A stretch of 27,146 nt of DNA from Octopus sinensis (Eukaryota). Of the stretch, positions 1 through 12,775 are shown piece after piece. The stretch spans positions 1 through 27,146 of the forward strand of contig NW_021834098.1 of the NCBI RefSeq assembly GCF_006345805.1, written 5' to 3'. The translations under genes and the position numbers were made by a program. Numbering within the stretch: the first letter of the stretch is position 1; the number at the start of each line of letters is the position of its first letter. The notes below the pieces were generated by a model. The model did no database searches. It was not told where the DNA came from and worked only from the letters and a program-made list of their open reading frames with translations.

Positions 1-970
1 GTCTATTAGACTAGAACTGATGACATAAAAGACGGCTAAATCGCTTATAACTTTTTTCTCTTTATTTGCCTGAGTCCAAAATCTTCCTTGATTTCATTAT
101 CATCATCATCATCATCACCACCACCACCATCACCATTATTGTCATTCAGTGTACTTTAGACATGAAGCACTGTTGAACCTTTGCATTTGCAAGATTTGAG
201 AGAAATAGTCTGCGAGACGAACCCCCTTCCCCCCGTGAGATTAAGAAATTTGCCCAACGGCAATGCACTGACTGGTTCAGAAATCGAAATCGAAACCGTC
301 ACCTTACTCACTATTGCGAACCTAATAACATAATGACTAAGCTATGCATCTTTAAATCCTCTTCGTAACATTACTAAAACTGCATCCCTCCTCGCCTGGT
401 GAGGGGATGGGGTATGGAAAATACTTCAACTTTTTTGGTTGAAAAATTCTTTATCATAATTCACTGCTTTTTGCTACATTTTCTTTGGTGTTTAACTTCA
501 AGGATGTTAATTTTAAATTAATGTAAAGTTGTTAATACTGTGTAATGTTTCTATATACAAGACTATTTTAATATAAAGATGTTAATGTCATGCAATACTG
601 CTATACGCAAGGCTATTACAAGTTTTTTAATGTTGTACAATTATTTTTGTTAAACACAAAACTTTTAACACAAAACTATTAACGTTATGCAATAGTGTTA
701 TATACAACACCGCCTCAATGTAGGACTTCATTACTAATAAAGTATATTACTTTGTACCAATAAAGTCGACTTTTCTTTTTCATTATATATCGTGGTAAGA
801 ATCAGAATTGTAAGCTAGTTAAATGGATAGTGAAACACCACACACACACACACACACCACACACGAGTCACTGCTATACTGTCTTGGGAGAAAAGGGAAA
901 AGAGTAAGGGCTGGATTGTCTCTGATGAGAAATAAGGAGGATCAGTACTGACCTGGGGTTCAACAACAAC

Positions 971-1107
<137 letters not shown>

Positions 1108-1109
1108 AT

Positions 1110-1512
1110 GCAGCGAGTTGGCGGAATCGTTAGCACGCCGGGCGATATGCGTAGCCGTATTTCGTCTGCCGCTACGTTCTGAGTTCAAATTCCGCAGAGG
1201 TTGACTTTGCCTTTCATCCTTTCGGGGTCGATTAAATAAGTACCAGTTACGCACTGAGGTCGATATAATCGACTTAATCCGTTTGTCTGTCCTTGTTTGT
1301 CCTCTCTGTGTTTAGCCCCTTGTGGGTAGTAAAGAAATAGGTATTTCGTCTGTCTTCACATTCTGAGTTCAAATTCCGCCGAGGTCGACTTTGCCTTTCA
1401 TTATTTCGGGGTCGATAAATTAAGTGAGTACCAATGAATCAATGGGGTTGATGAAATTGGCACGTCTCCTCACGCCAAAATTTCACCCCATCGGCTTTTA
1501 GTAGAAAGGATT
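1110..1512 (+). mobile_element. tRNA-headed SINE, family A (internally duplicated body)
   Basis: Head ggcggaatcgttagcacgccgggc, B-box-like gagttcaaattcc, central gtcgactttgcctttcatcctttcggggtcgat (twice), tail agtagaaagg. Confidence 0.85.
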
Positions 1513-1523
1513 ACATTTTATTT

Positions 1524-1529
1524 TTATTA

Positions 1530-1571
<42 letters not shown>

Positions 1572-1574
1572 TAC

Positions 1575-1640
<66 letters not shown>
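1524..1640 (+). repeat. Compound (ATT)n-(GTT)n microsatellite
   Basis: Direct reading. Confidence 0.95.
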
Positions 1641-1642
<2 letters not shown>

Positions 1643-1844
1643 CAGCACCGATCACTTGTTGTAAACAATGCTCCGACCCAATCGACTTTAGAATTACATA
1701 CAGCTCACATATCTGGGACAGTGTTGTTTCTCTCTCTCACACGCACACACACACACGCACACTCACTCACTCACACACATACACTCACACATGCACACAC
1801 ATCCATTGCCCCTCACCATCTCGTCCATAATCGTGACCTACTCC

Positions 1845-2488
1845 TCCGCCACCACCACCACCACTACCAGTACTACCACTCACTACTTTCAAGGTTATAA
1901 CCACCACCACCATTACCACCGTCATCTCTACCACTACCGTTACCGCTTAAAAATCGAAACTATATGCAAACCACGAAAACCACCGAGCAGGTCTCACCAT
2001 GCTATCTTCACTAACAAGCTACTACCACCACCACAACAACCACCACAACAACCACCACCACCATCGTCAGTACCGTCACCGTCACCACAAGCATTGACGC
2101 CACCACCACCACCACCACCACTTTCACTGCCATATCCACCACCACTACCAACACCAACAGCACCACCTCTTGCAATACCACCATTATCACTGCAACCAAT
2201 ACCACCACGAACATAACTACCAACAATACCACCACCACCATTACCAAAATTATCACATCGAAATCGCCACCAACAACCCTCCACCTGTATCACCGCTATC
2301 CCTACCCCCCGCACCACTACCGCCAACGCCACCACCACCGCCACCACCACCACCACCCCGCACCACTACCGCCACCACCACCACCACCCCCGCACCACTA
2401 CCGCCAACGCCACTGCCACCGCTACCATCAAAACGACAACCGTCACCACCACCACCACCACCAACAACACCAACAACAACAACAACAA
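1845..2488 (+). repeat. Degenerate (CCA/ACC)n low-complexity tract
   Basis: Long interrupted ccaccacca runs, ending in (AAC)n. Confidence 0.9.
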
Positions 2489-3043
2489 TGCCAGAAGTGT
2501 CCCCACGGTCTTCAGTCTCCAAGATAGAGGTTGGCAATGTCAGTAGAAGAGAGTTCGATGGTGGAGTGATGGATGGGGTGGAGTGATGTTTCTATATTTG
2601 GTGGTAGGTAGTGGTGTGTGTGTGTGTGTGTGTGTGTATGTGGAGGGTTGTGCGTGTGTGTGTGTGTATAAATTTTGTGGTCGGTAGTGGAGGGTGGTTG
2701 TGTTGGTAGGTTAACCGAGGGGGGGAAAGGAACGATATGAATTTTGTGGGGAGCGGATGTCAGTGGCCCTTGTGTACATGCAGGTGTAAATATGGTGGAG
2801 TGGGGGTGGAGATGGGGCGAATATCTGCAAATGGAGGGGGGTGGCCAGATTGAACGGTATTTTACATTGTTTCTGTTGCTGTTGTTGCTGTTGCATAGCT
2901 AAGGGTCAAACTTGAGGGAGAGCAAACATTTGATCAAAGACATTCCAGCCGTGAACATCTCGACTTTATTTTTCTCCTTCATGCAGGTGGCCCACGCAAT
3001 ATTATCTGCAGGAACGTGTCCTTATAAAATAATAATGGTGTTG

Positions 3044-3442
3044 ATCGTTTCTACTATAGGCACAAGACCTGAAACTTGGAGGAGAGAAGGATGGTCAATT
3101 ACGTCGGCCCCAGTACACAACTGGTACTTAATTTATCGACCCCGAAAGGATGAACGGCAAAGTCGACCTCGGCAGAATTTGAACTCAGAACATAAAGACA
3201 GACGAAATACCTATCTCTTTACTACCCACAAGGGGCTAAACACAGAGAGGACAAACAAGGACAGACAAACGGATTAAGTCAATTATATCGACCCCAGTGC
3301 GTAACTGGTACTTAATTTATCGACCTCGAAAGGATGAAAGGCAAAGTCGACGTCAGCAGAATTTGAACTCAGAACATAAAGACAGACGAAATACCGATAA
3401 GTATTTCGCCCGGCGTGCTAACGTTTCTGCCAGATCGCCGCC
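3044..3442 (-). mobile_element. SINE family A
   Basis: Reverse complement of the family A head, body (twice) and tail. Confidence 0.85.
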
Positions 3443-3459
3443 TTAGAAACAATAGTATA

Positions 3460-3672
3460 ATCCCCCCTACTATAGGCACAAAGTCCGAAATTTGGGAGCA
3501 GGGAGCTAGTGGATTATGTCGACCCCTGTACATAACGTGTACTTTATTTTATCAATTCTGTAAGGATGATAGGTAAAGTTGACCTCGGCATAAATTGAAC
3601 TCAGATCATTGAGACTCGGAAGAAATGTTGCTAAGCATTTTTCCTGCTTGCCCACGTATCTGCCAACATAAT
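3460..3672 (-). mobile_element. SINE family A, diverged
   Basis: ctactataggcaca...gttgacctcggcataaattgaactcaga...tgccaac. Confidence 0.7.
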
Positions 3673-3684
3673 GGTAATGATTGT

Positions 3685-3860
3685 CCATTCTTCCATAGGC
3701 CAAAATCTTGAAGTTTTGGTGGTAGTGTGGGGTAGTGGTGATGGTAGTGGTGGGAGCTAAACGATTACATCGACCCCAATGTTCAACTGATACTATTTTA
3801 TCGTCCCCGAAAGGATGAAAAGCACTGTCGACTTCGGTAGAATATGAACTCAGAACATAT
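3685..3860 (-). mobile_element. SINE family A, diverged
   Basis: acatcgaccccaatgttcaactgatact...cccgaaaggatgaaaagcactgtcgac...gaactcagaac. Confidence 0.7.
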
Positions 3861-3879
3861 AGCTGGCAGAAATGTCACT

Positions 3880-4270
3880 AGGTGGAGCGTGGCTGTATGG
3901 TAAGAAGCTTGCTTACCAATCATATAGTTCCGGCTTCAGTTCCAACACGTGGCACCTTGGGCGAGTGTCTTCTACTATAGCCTCAGGCCAACCAAAGCCT
4001 TGTGAGTGGATTTGGTAGACGGAAACTGAAAGAAGCCTGCTGTATGTATATATTTGTGTGTATGTCTGTGCTTGTCCTCCCCCACCATCCGTTGACAACC
4101 GATGTTGGTGAGTTTACGTCCCTGTGACTTGGCGGTTCGGCCAAAGGCGGATAGAATAAGTATTAGGCTTACAAAGAATAAGTCCTAGAGTCGATTTTGT
4201 TCGATTAAAGGCGGTGCTCCTGCATGGCCGTAGTGAAATGACCGAAACAAAGCAAAAGAATAAAAAGATA
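3880..4270 (+). mobile_element. tRNA-headed SINE, family B (CORE-like ACCTTGGGCAAG segment)
   Basis: A-box-like tggctgtatggtaag, gcaccttgggcgagtgtctt, body aaggcggtgctcc..catggcc, tail gaaac..aaaagaataaaaag. Confidence 0.85.
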
Positions 4271-4369
4271 AAATAAGGATACATATATATACACAAACAC
4301 ACACAGACAAACACACACACACACATATATATATATATAAATGGTTACGAATTTTGACACTAAGCCAGG

Positions 4370-4555
4370 AATTTCTAGAAGAAAATTAGTCAACGCCATC
4401 GAGGGAAGGAAATAGACAATAACATGGACCACTGTACTCAACTGGTATTCGTTTTTATCGACCCTAGAGGATGAAAGGAAAAAGTTAACCCCGCAGGATT
4501 TGAACTCACATCGTAAACAGTGAGAAGAGATACCGTTAAGCATTTTGTTCGGCAA
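4370..4555 (-). mobile_element. SINE family A, diverged
   Basis: actggtattcgtttttatcgaccctagaggatgaaagg...ggatttgaactca. Confidence 0.65.
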
Positions 4556-4627
4556 AATAAAAAACCGATAAAGTGAGTGTAGGATGATTTGAAGGAGATT
4601 TGGTTGGTGTTTCGAGCGCGTCCATTG

Positions 4628-5095
4628 ACCACCTGAAAATTCCATCGTTTGTGCGCGCGCGCTTACGTGTATTTGTGTGTATGCGTGCGTGCGTGTATGT
4701 GTGCGTGTGCGTGTTTGCGGGCGTATATGTGTGCGTGCCTGTGCTGGCGTGCGTGCGCGAATGTATGTGTGTCTTTGCGTATGTGCATGTGCGTGCGTGT
4801 TTGTGTCTGTACGTGCGTATACGTGTGCGTGTGTTTGTAAGTACCTGTACGTGTCCGTAGGTGCGTACGTGTGTGTGTGTGTGTGTGTATGCGTTCGTGT
4901 ATGAGAGTGCGTGCGTGCTTGTCTATGTGTGTGTGTGCGTGTGTGTTAGTGTGCGTGTTTGTGTCTGTGCGTGCGTATATGTGTGAGTACATGCGTATGC
5001 GTCTGTGCGTACATGTATGCGTGCGTCGGTACGTAGTGCGTGTCTGCATGCGCACGTGTATGTCTATGTGTGCGTGAGTGTGTGTGAGTGTATGT
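4628..5095 (+). repeat. Degenerate (GT/GC)n tract
   Basis: Direct reading. Confidence 0.9.
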
Positions 5096-5851
5096 GGTAG
5101 AGGCGGGTGTCCAAACTTTAATGGCGGAGTGGTGTCGGAGGGGGGGGGGGCCAGGCTAAGGTGAGCTCTGTGTATGTCTTGTCAAAATTGATTTTCGTTT
5201 TAATATTGATTTATTTCTTTATCTTGTTTTTGCTCTACTTTATGTTACTTCTTTATATGCAATGTGTAAGCATGATGCGTGTGTGGTGTGTGTGTGTGTG
5301 TGTGTGTGTGAATGGATGTGGTGTTTGTGTGTATGTGTGTCATTATATATTTGAATATTTGTATGTGTATATGTGTGTGTTTGTATGTATGTATATCCAT
5401 ATCTATCTATCTAGCTAGTTAGCTATATGTATATATAATATAATATAATATATATATACATACACACTCACATATATATAAATACATACACCCACATATA
5501 TATACATATATATACACACACACACACACTATATATATATACATACATATATATGCATAAATATACGTGTGTGTGAGTGAGTGTGTATACATACATACAT
5601 AGTGAGTTTAATTTTTTTTTTTTTTTTTGGTTTTGGGGGTTTTTTGTGTTTTTTTTTTTTATGTTTCGTTTCAAGTCCTACCGTTTTCTCCCACGGATAG
5701 GTTTCTTAACCGGGACAGACTCCTGCATTATTTGGGACAATTCAAAATGTATCGATAAACTGAGTTTTTTTTTCTTTTTGTTTTTTTCCCCTTTGATGCA
5801 TACAAGTAAATGCTGATTGCACTTCGACTCTGTCGTCCTCATGAAATCCGT

Positions 5852-5887
<36 letters not shown>

Positions 5888-5954
5888 GATACACTCTCTG
5901 CGTGAGCGATATGTATGTACAGAGAGTGAGAGGGAGAGAGTATGGTAAATATTT

Positions 5955-6190
5955 GGCGGCGAGCTGGCAGAAACGTTAGCGACGCCGGCCGAAATGCTTA
6001 GCGGTATTTCGTCTGCCGTTATGTTCTGAGTTCGAATTCCGCCGAGGTCGACTTTGCCTTTCATCCTTTCGGGGTCGAAAAATTAAGTACCAGTTACGCA
6101 CTGGAGTCGATGTAATCGACTTAATCAGTTTGTCTGTTCTTGTTTGTCCTCTCTGTACTTAGCCCTTTGTGGGTAGTAAAGAAATAGGTA
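5955..6190 (+). mobile_element. SINE family A
   Basis: ggcggcgagctggcagaaacgttagc...gagttcgaattccgccgaggtcgactttgcc...aaagaaataggta. Confidence 0.85.
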
Positions 6191-6867
6191 AATATAGGGA
6201 GAGAAAGGAGGAGTTTACAATGGGAAAAGCGTAAATGGAGAGAGACAAATAAAGATAAATACAGAGATAGGGGGAAGGTCTTTTCTGCTGCTGACACAGA
6301 TTTTGAAATTTGGTATATTGGGGTACTTTTTTACGCTGAATACGATTTTGGGATTCCTTTATACCCCCTCCCCATACAATAGAAAAAGAAAATGTCACAG
6401 TTTCAAAGCTTGATCATTTTTACCCAATGAGAGGACAGGAACTGGAAGCTAGCAATCTCTGCGTGATAGCTATAACAGCAGAAGTTTAACCAAAATGAAA
6501 GCGATTACATGTCTCATAAAGAGAGAAAAGTGGGGAGCAGTAAATGCATGAGAGATACACAAACAAATAGAGGGTGATAAAGAATGTGGCAAATATATAA
6601 AGAGAGGGGAAGGCATCAGAGAGGGAGAGAGAGGGAAAGAGAACGCTTGATGTAGAAACTCAAAGAGTGGTAGACTTGTCAATCTTTGAGTTTCGTTACT
6701 TCTCGTAGTAAATTAAATATTTTGATTAATGATGACCGAATGCTTTGTCGTTAGGACGCAAACTTGGAAAATCAAATCCGTTTTTCTAGACGACACACCA
6801 TTCCAGAGCCTTTCCATGACATATTCACATAGGCACATGCACTCTTATATATATATATATATATATG

Positions 6868-7275
6868 CTCTTTACTCTTTTACTTGTTTCAGTCATTTCA
6901 CTGTGGCCATGCAGGAGCACCGCCTTTAGTCGAGCAAATCGACCCCAGGACTTATTCTTTGTAAGCCTAATACTTATTCTATCGGACTCTTTTGACGAAC
7001 CGCTAAGTTACGGGGACGTAAACACACCAGCATCGGTTGTCAAGCGATGTTTGGGCGGACAAACACAGACACACAAACACAGACACACACACATACATAT
7101 ATATACATATATACGAGGAGCTTCTTTTAGTTTCCGTCTACCAAATCCACTCACAAGGCTTTGGTCGGCCCGAGGCCATAGTAGAAGACATTTAACCAAG
7201 GTGCCACGCAGTGGGACTGAACCCGGTACCATGAGGTTGGTAAGCAAGCTACTTACCATACACCCACTCCTACGC
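6868..7275 (-). mobile_element. SINE family B
   Basis: Full-length reverse complement from ttttacttgtttcagtcatt to agctacttaccatacacccactcc. Confidence 0.85.
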
Positions 7276-7344
7276 ATATATATGCACACGCGCACACACA
7301 CACGAACATACACACATAAACACGTGTGTTTATATATGCGTATC

Positions 7345-7414
7345 TCTTCTTCTTCTTCTTCTTCTTCTTCTTCTTCTTCTTCTTCTTCTCTCTCTCTCTA
7401 TCTATCTATTTATC

Positions 7415-7507
<93 letters not shown>
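7345..7507 (+). repeat. (TTC)n-(TC)n-(TCTA)n compound microsatellite
   Basis: Direct reading. Confidence 0.95.
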
Positions 7508-7508
<1 letters not shown>

Positions 7509-7509
7509 A

Positions 7510-7680
7510 CAAAGCAGAGACAAAACGATACACACGGGGTAGTTATGTTCGATAAGAGATTGAGAAATAAGAAACGTCCTTGATGTTTCGGACATGGGGT
7601 ACTTCATCATAAATATAGATGAATGGGTGAAAGAAGAGTAGAGAAAGGAAAGAAAATGTGGAAATAACGATAAAAAACAC
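7510..7680 (-). mobile_element. Penelope-like terminal remnant with decayed hammerhead (7578-7614)
   Basis: The minus strand reads uuu AUGAUGA A GUAC cccau GUCC GAAAC AUC AAGG. It abuts a (TCTA)n tract. Confidence 0.45.
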
Positions 7681-7761
7681 GAATTGTGCAATATATGTAT
7701 GTGAGTGTATTTACGTATATATCTACATACATATATGTCTGTGTTTCTATGTGTGTGTGTG

Positions 7762-7990
7762 TGAAGGCACGTGGCCTAGTGGTTGCGCTCAAGATCATTA
7801 GGTGGGTTCGATTCCCTAAGTGAGTGGTGCGTTGCGTTCATGAGCAAAACACTTCATTCTATCAGTGGGGAATATTGGGTCTGCTCGTCTAGACACTGGG
7901 GTGGCGTCATTTGAAGGCTAAAACAATGCAAAAATGCATTGTGACCATCGATATGTAACAACATCTGATAGTCTGATTGGTCACGTGATA
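7762..7990 (+). mobile_element. tRNA-headed SINE (family C-type head, different tail)
   Basis: gaaggcacgtggcctagtggtt (A box), gggttcgattccc (B box), tgagcaaaacacttcatt. Confidence 0.65.
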
Positions 7991-8122
7991 TATACACCCA
8001 CATACCCCCCCCCCACAGAAACACAGATACATGCATCCTGCGTGAGCGATATGCATGTAAAGAGGAGAGAAATAATATAGTAAATATATAGAGAAGGGGA
8101 AAGTTTATATATGTATATACAT

Positions 8123-8490
8123 TCTTTTATTCTTATATTTGTTTCAGTCATTTGCCTGCGGCCACGCTGGTGCACGGCCTTTAGTCGAACAAATCGGCTC
8201 TAGGATTTATTCTTCGTAAGCTTAGTACTTATTCTATCGGCTACTTTTGCCGAACCGCTAAGTTACGGAGACGTAAGCACACCAACATCGGTTGTCAAGT
8301 TATGGTGGTGGGGGTGGACAAACAGACAAACACACACACACACATACGATGGGCTTCTTTCAGTTTCCGTCTCCCAAATCCACTCACAAGGCTTTGGTCG
8401 GCCCTAGGCTGTAGTAGAAGACACTTGCCCAAGGTGCCACGCAGTGGGACTGAACCCGGAACTATATGGTTGAGAAGCAAGCTACTTACC
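8123..8490 (-). mobile_element. SINE family B
   Basis: ttgtttcagtcatttgcctgcggccacg...cacttgcccaaggtgccacgcagtgggactgaacccgg. Confidence 0.85.
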
Positions 8491-8527
8491 AATATATGCG
8501 CCTACATATATATATATATATATTATA

Positions 8528-8567
<40 letters not shown>

Positions 8568-8584
8568 TATATATATATTAGTTA

Positions 8585-8820
8585 GTTAATTCAAACAAAA
8601 TAAAACACAAAAAAACACAACAACGCGAGGACGTGGAACAAATAAAGTATTATTGGACGCTCAGGAAAGAAGGGAAGAAGGGGGGTTTAACGTTTTGAGC
8701 GGAGCTCTTCGTCGGAAACATAGGAGAAGGGAAGACAGAGGAAAAAAATCGCAAAAAAGGACGAGGAAAAAGTACAAGGAAAAAAGTTCGAGGAAAAAAA
8801 GTTGTAGAGTCACGGACCAC
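8585..8820 (-). mobile_element. Penelope-like terminal repeat remnant with degenerate hammerhead (8685-8719)
   Basis: The minus strand reads GUUU CCGACGA A GAGC ucc GCUC AAAAC GUU AAAC, followed by a pyrimidine/T-rich tail that ends at a (TA)n tract. Confidence 0.6.
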
Positions 8821-9044
8821 ACATACATACACTTTCATGTATACATGCATGAAAGTGAGTGTAGGAGTGCACGTATATGTACGCGTGTGTGTATGTGTGT
8901 GAGAGTGAGGAAATACGTGAGAGAGAGTTTACGGCTGTGATGCCACATGTGTATGAGGGGAACCTGGACGTGAATTAGTCTATATCTTATACACGCAAGT
9001 TTCTTGTTCGTATGAGTCAGTATGTTTTACTTAATGTCAAAATG

Positions 9045-9047
9045 AGC

Positions 9048-9099
<52 letters not shown>

Positions 9100-9294
9100 G
9101 TGTGTGTGTGTGTGTTGTGTGTGTGTGTGTCGTGTGTGTGTGTGTGCGTGCGTGTGTGCGTATTTGTGTGTGTCCTCTCTGCCAACGTGGGTCTCCTATA
9201 AAGGACATCTTATAATTTTGTCTTGTCACATCTCAACACTGACATCTTTAAGCTTACACTACCGCTTCCGCTACCACGTTGTGTGTGTATGTTC

Positions 9295-9326
<32 letters not shown>

Positions 9327-9434
9327 GCGCGCGTGTGTGTGCGCGCGTGCGTGTGTGTGTGTGTGTCTGTCTGCGTGTGTGTGTGTATGTATGAAGGGGA
9401 CCTGTGTCTATGAGGTAGTTATACATACATGCCT

Positions 9435-9476
<42 letters not shown>

Positions 9477-10155
9477 TTATATTTATATATATATATATAA
9501 CACATACACACACATATATATTATATGTACGCATATATATGTATGTATATATATATGTATCCATGTATGTGTGTATGTGTATGCATGTGTTTGTGTGTGC
9601 ATATATGTATTTATATACATATGTATACGCACACATATTTATATATATATCTGCGTGTGTATTTATGTTTGTATAAGTGTATGTATATCTGTATTTACAC
9701 ACATACTCGTACATGTTATGCTGGTATGCATATATATGAGTGTGTGTGTGCGCGCGTTTGTGTATACACACACGCACACACACATACATATGTATATAAA
9801 CTCACACACATACATTCACACGGAGAAAAACATACGTACTTGATTACATACTTGTTAAGTTGCGTGTGTTAGTGTGAGTATATGTGTGTGTGTGTGTGTT
9901 TACAGTGACAAGCTGGCTGAACATAACAACCACAAGAGAAAGAAGAATTAATGAAGAGAGCGACGATAACCAGGTGGACCAGATGTCACACCTGGTCTTC
10001 GCTATCTTCACACGTACACCAATACACACACACACACAACACACACACACACACCACACACACACAAACATACATGTAAACAGACATAGATACATACGCA
10101 CACACACACATATATATATATATTATAATATATATACATACATATATGTGTGTGC

Positions 10156-10188
<33 letters not shown>

Positions 10189-10210
10189 TACATATTCATG
10201 CACGCGTACA
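9045..10210 (+). repeat. Extended (GT)n/(AT)n/(AC)n microsatellite field with short unique islands
   Basis: Direct reading. Confidence 0.85.
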
Positions 10211-10577
10211 TAGATAGCTAAAGACTCAGGTAGATAGATACATAGATATACTTATGTATAGGTGAGTGTGTAATTTTTGGGTTGTTATTTTAAAGGAATT
10301 TTAAGAGCAACAGCTGAACATTTACTGATGAAGAAATTAAATGTTAAAAGTAAGGTCAAATTTATTATGAAATTAGTTTTGAGTTGGACATCAAGTTTCG
10401 TCTGACGGCTTTATCAGTCAGTCAAACTACATGGGGAAACTGTTAGGTGAAATCTGAATTCCCGATCGAAACTGACTTCAACATTCATGTATGCATATAT
10501 ATAATATATATATATCTATATATAATATATATATAATATATATAATATATATATATATATATCATATATACATATAG

Positions 10578-10614
<37 letters not shown>

Positions 10615-11384
10615 ATATATAATATATATACACATGTATATATATATATATATATAGTGTGTGTGTGGTGTGTGTATGTATGTATGCATGTATGTATATT
10701 ATATATTCATGTGCGTGTGCTGTGCTCCCGCTTTTATGTATGGTATAGTGTATATGTATGAATATATTTATTGTGTGTGGTGTACACAGCGTGTGCGCAC
10801 ACACACACACACACACATATACTTCGCTAAGCATTTTGTTTATCTACGGGTGTCCCTGGGTTAGAAACCCAACGCTCTTCAACTAAGCCACTCGGTTCAA
10901 CGAGTGTCCCCTGATACCAGCAAGCAAAATGGAAAAGGCGTTGCTCCGGAGGATAGCGAAATAGATGCGTTGGAACTGTCGGTCTGACCCACAGGGCTCG
11001 CAGTGACGAACAACAATCTCCGCCCCGATAGCGGTGAGCAGAGATATGGTCCGAGAGCCAACGAATCACAGCTAAACGCAACTGGGACACCACTTAATTC
11101 CCATAATCACAAACGTTATCTATTTAATTCCAAAGGCAAATAAATGAACCCAAGTTATAAATACTCGCTACTAAATCACCAATATTCCAATGCTTGATAT
11201 TGGCCAGACCCCAAATTCCTTTAAGTAACGCTTCTACTTACTTACCTATACGTTCCGACCACCAATTACAAAAGTGATATCGCTTTTTTTATATGCAACT
11301 GGTGCCTAAAAAATAGTAACATTCCATACAATTTTTAAAAGGGCATTTTAATATGCAAATTAACAAACCCTGCAACTTATACTC

Positions 11385-11772
11385 TACTCTTTTACTTGTT
11401 TCAGTCATTTGACTGCGGCCATGCTAGAGTACCGCCTTTAGTCGAGCAAATCGACCCCGGGACTTATTCTTTGTAAACCCAGTACATATTCTATCGGACC
11501 CTTTTGCCGAACTGCTAAGTGACGGGGACATAAACACACCAGCATCGGTTGTCAAGCAATGCTAGGGGGACAAACACAGACACACAAACATATACACATA
11601 CATATATACGACAGGCTTCTTACAGTTTCCGTCTACCAAATCCACTCATAAAGCATTGGTCGGCCCGAGGCTGTAGTAGAAGACACTTGCCCAAGATACC
11701 ACGCAGTGGGACTGAACCTGGAACCATGTGGTTGGTAAGCAAGCTACTTACCACACAGCCACTCCTGCGCCT
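11385..11772 (-). mobile_element. SINE family B (near full length)
   Basis: ttttacttgtttcagtcatttgactgcggcc...ccacacagccactcctgcgcc. Confidence 0.88.
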
Positions 11773-12135
11773 ATGTTCGCAAAATATATAAAGATAATTT
11801 CTGATTAAACACTTGCAGTCAACATACACGCTGGGAGAACTACTTCCTGTACACGAAGCGCATTAAAACATTACAGGTATTACACGGCTTTAATATACCC
11901 TCAGAAGTAAGACTAACAATTATGGCATTCTCTGGGCGAGGCACAACGAAATACAAGACCCCACTTTAACCGCCATTCTAGATGTCTACATGTTTCATAC
12001 CAAGGTTCTCTCTGCCAGAATTGAAAGGAATAACAATATCTATATACATACAAATATATACCTAAATATATATGTGTGCGTGTGTGTGTATATATCATAT
12101 AGAAACATTCATACAATATATATATATATATATAT

Positions 12136-12165
12136 GGTTTTTTAGCCCTTTAAATATACATACAT

Positions 12166-12200
<35 letters not shown>

Positions 12201-12360
12201 TATATATATATAATATATAATATATAGCTATATATAGATAATATATATGTATGTATGTATATTTAAAGGGCTAAAAACCCACTATGTGGACAGTCTATGC
12301 TAGAAGTAGATCACCTACGACCAAACTAAAAAAGTTTTTTAGCCCTTTAAATATACACAT
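12136..12360. repeat. Alternating-orientation triplet of a ~21-bp motif (TTTTTAGCCCTTTAAATATAC)
   Basis: + copy at 12136-12166, - copy at ~12250-12280, + copy at ~12335-12357. (TA)n lies between the first two. Confidence 0.75.
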
Positions 12361-12467
12361 GTATTAGAATTTTCTCTGATTTTTCAGATTTTTGTATGCT
12401 AGGGCTACGTTTTTAAAATTGATATTAATTAAATTAATATAAATTTTCTATCTCCCTCATTCTTAAA

Positions 12468-12525
<58 letters not shown>

Positions 12526-12690
12526 GGAATAAATCCAAATTTACAGGGAAAAAATCAGATTTAGGATTAAATCCATTTTATAGTAAAATAATTATAATAA
12601 TATTAATCGAGACAAAACCACTATTTTGCAAAACAAATAAGGAAAGACTTAATCAATACATAACAATTTTTAATATAAAGAAATAAACCG

Positions 12691-12733
12691 CCACTACAAT
12701 CGTTTCATGTCTTCAATGACATTCGTCAGGTGG
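12691..12733 (-). ncRNA. Second copy of the same minimal hammerhead ribozyme on the opposite strand
   Basis: Exact reverse complement of 12776-12818, in the left arm of the inverted repeat. Confidence 0.85.
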
Positions 12734-12775
12734 ATTTTCGATCTCCTAATCTGTTTTAATTTATGAATCGAAAAT

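Noticed and set aside
2170-2586. Pro/Thr-rich 138-aa ORF resembling an extensin or mucin
   Set aside because: It arises from degenerate (CCA)n DNA and has no supporting splice signals or conserved domain.
2987-3030. Good-looking acceptor followed by GGPRNIIC, reminiscent of the P450 heme motif GPRNCIG
   Set aside because: The Cys is misplaced, an in-frame stop follows within a few codons, and the position is upstream of exon 4, which is the wrong order.
11352-11360. Octamer ATGCAAAT (also near 19277)
   Set aside because: An 8-mer is expected by chance in AT-rich DNA, and there is no associated snRNA PSE or gene.
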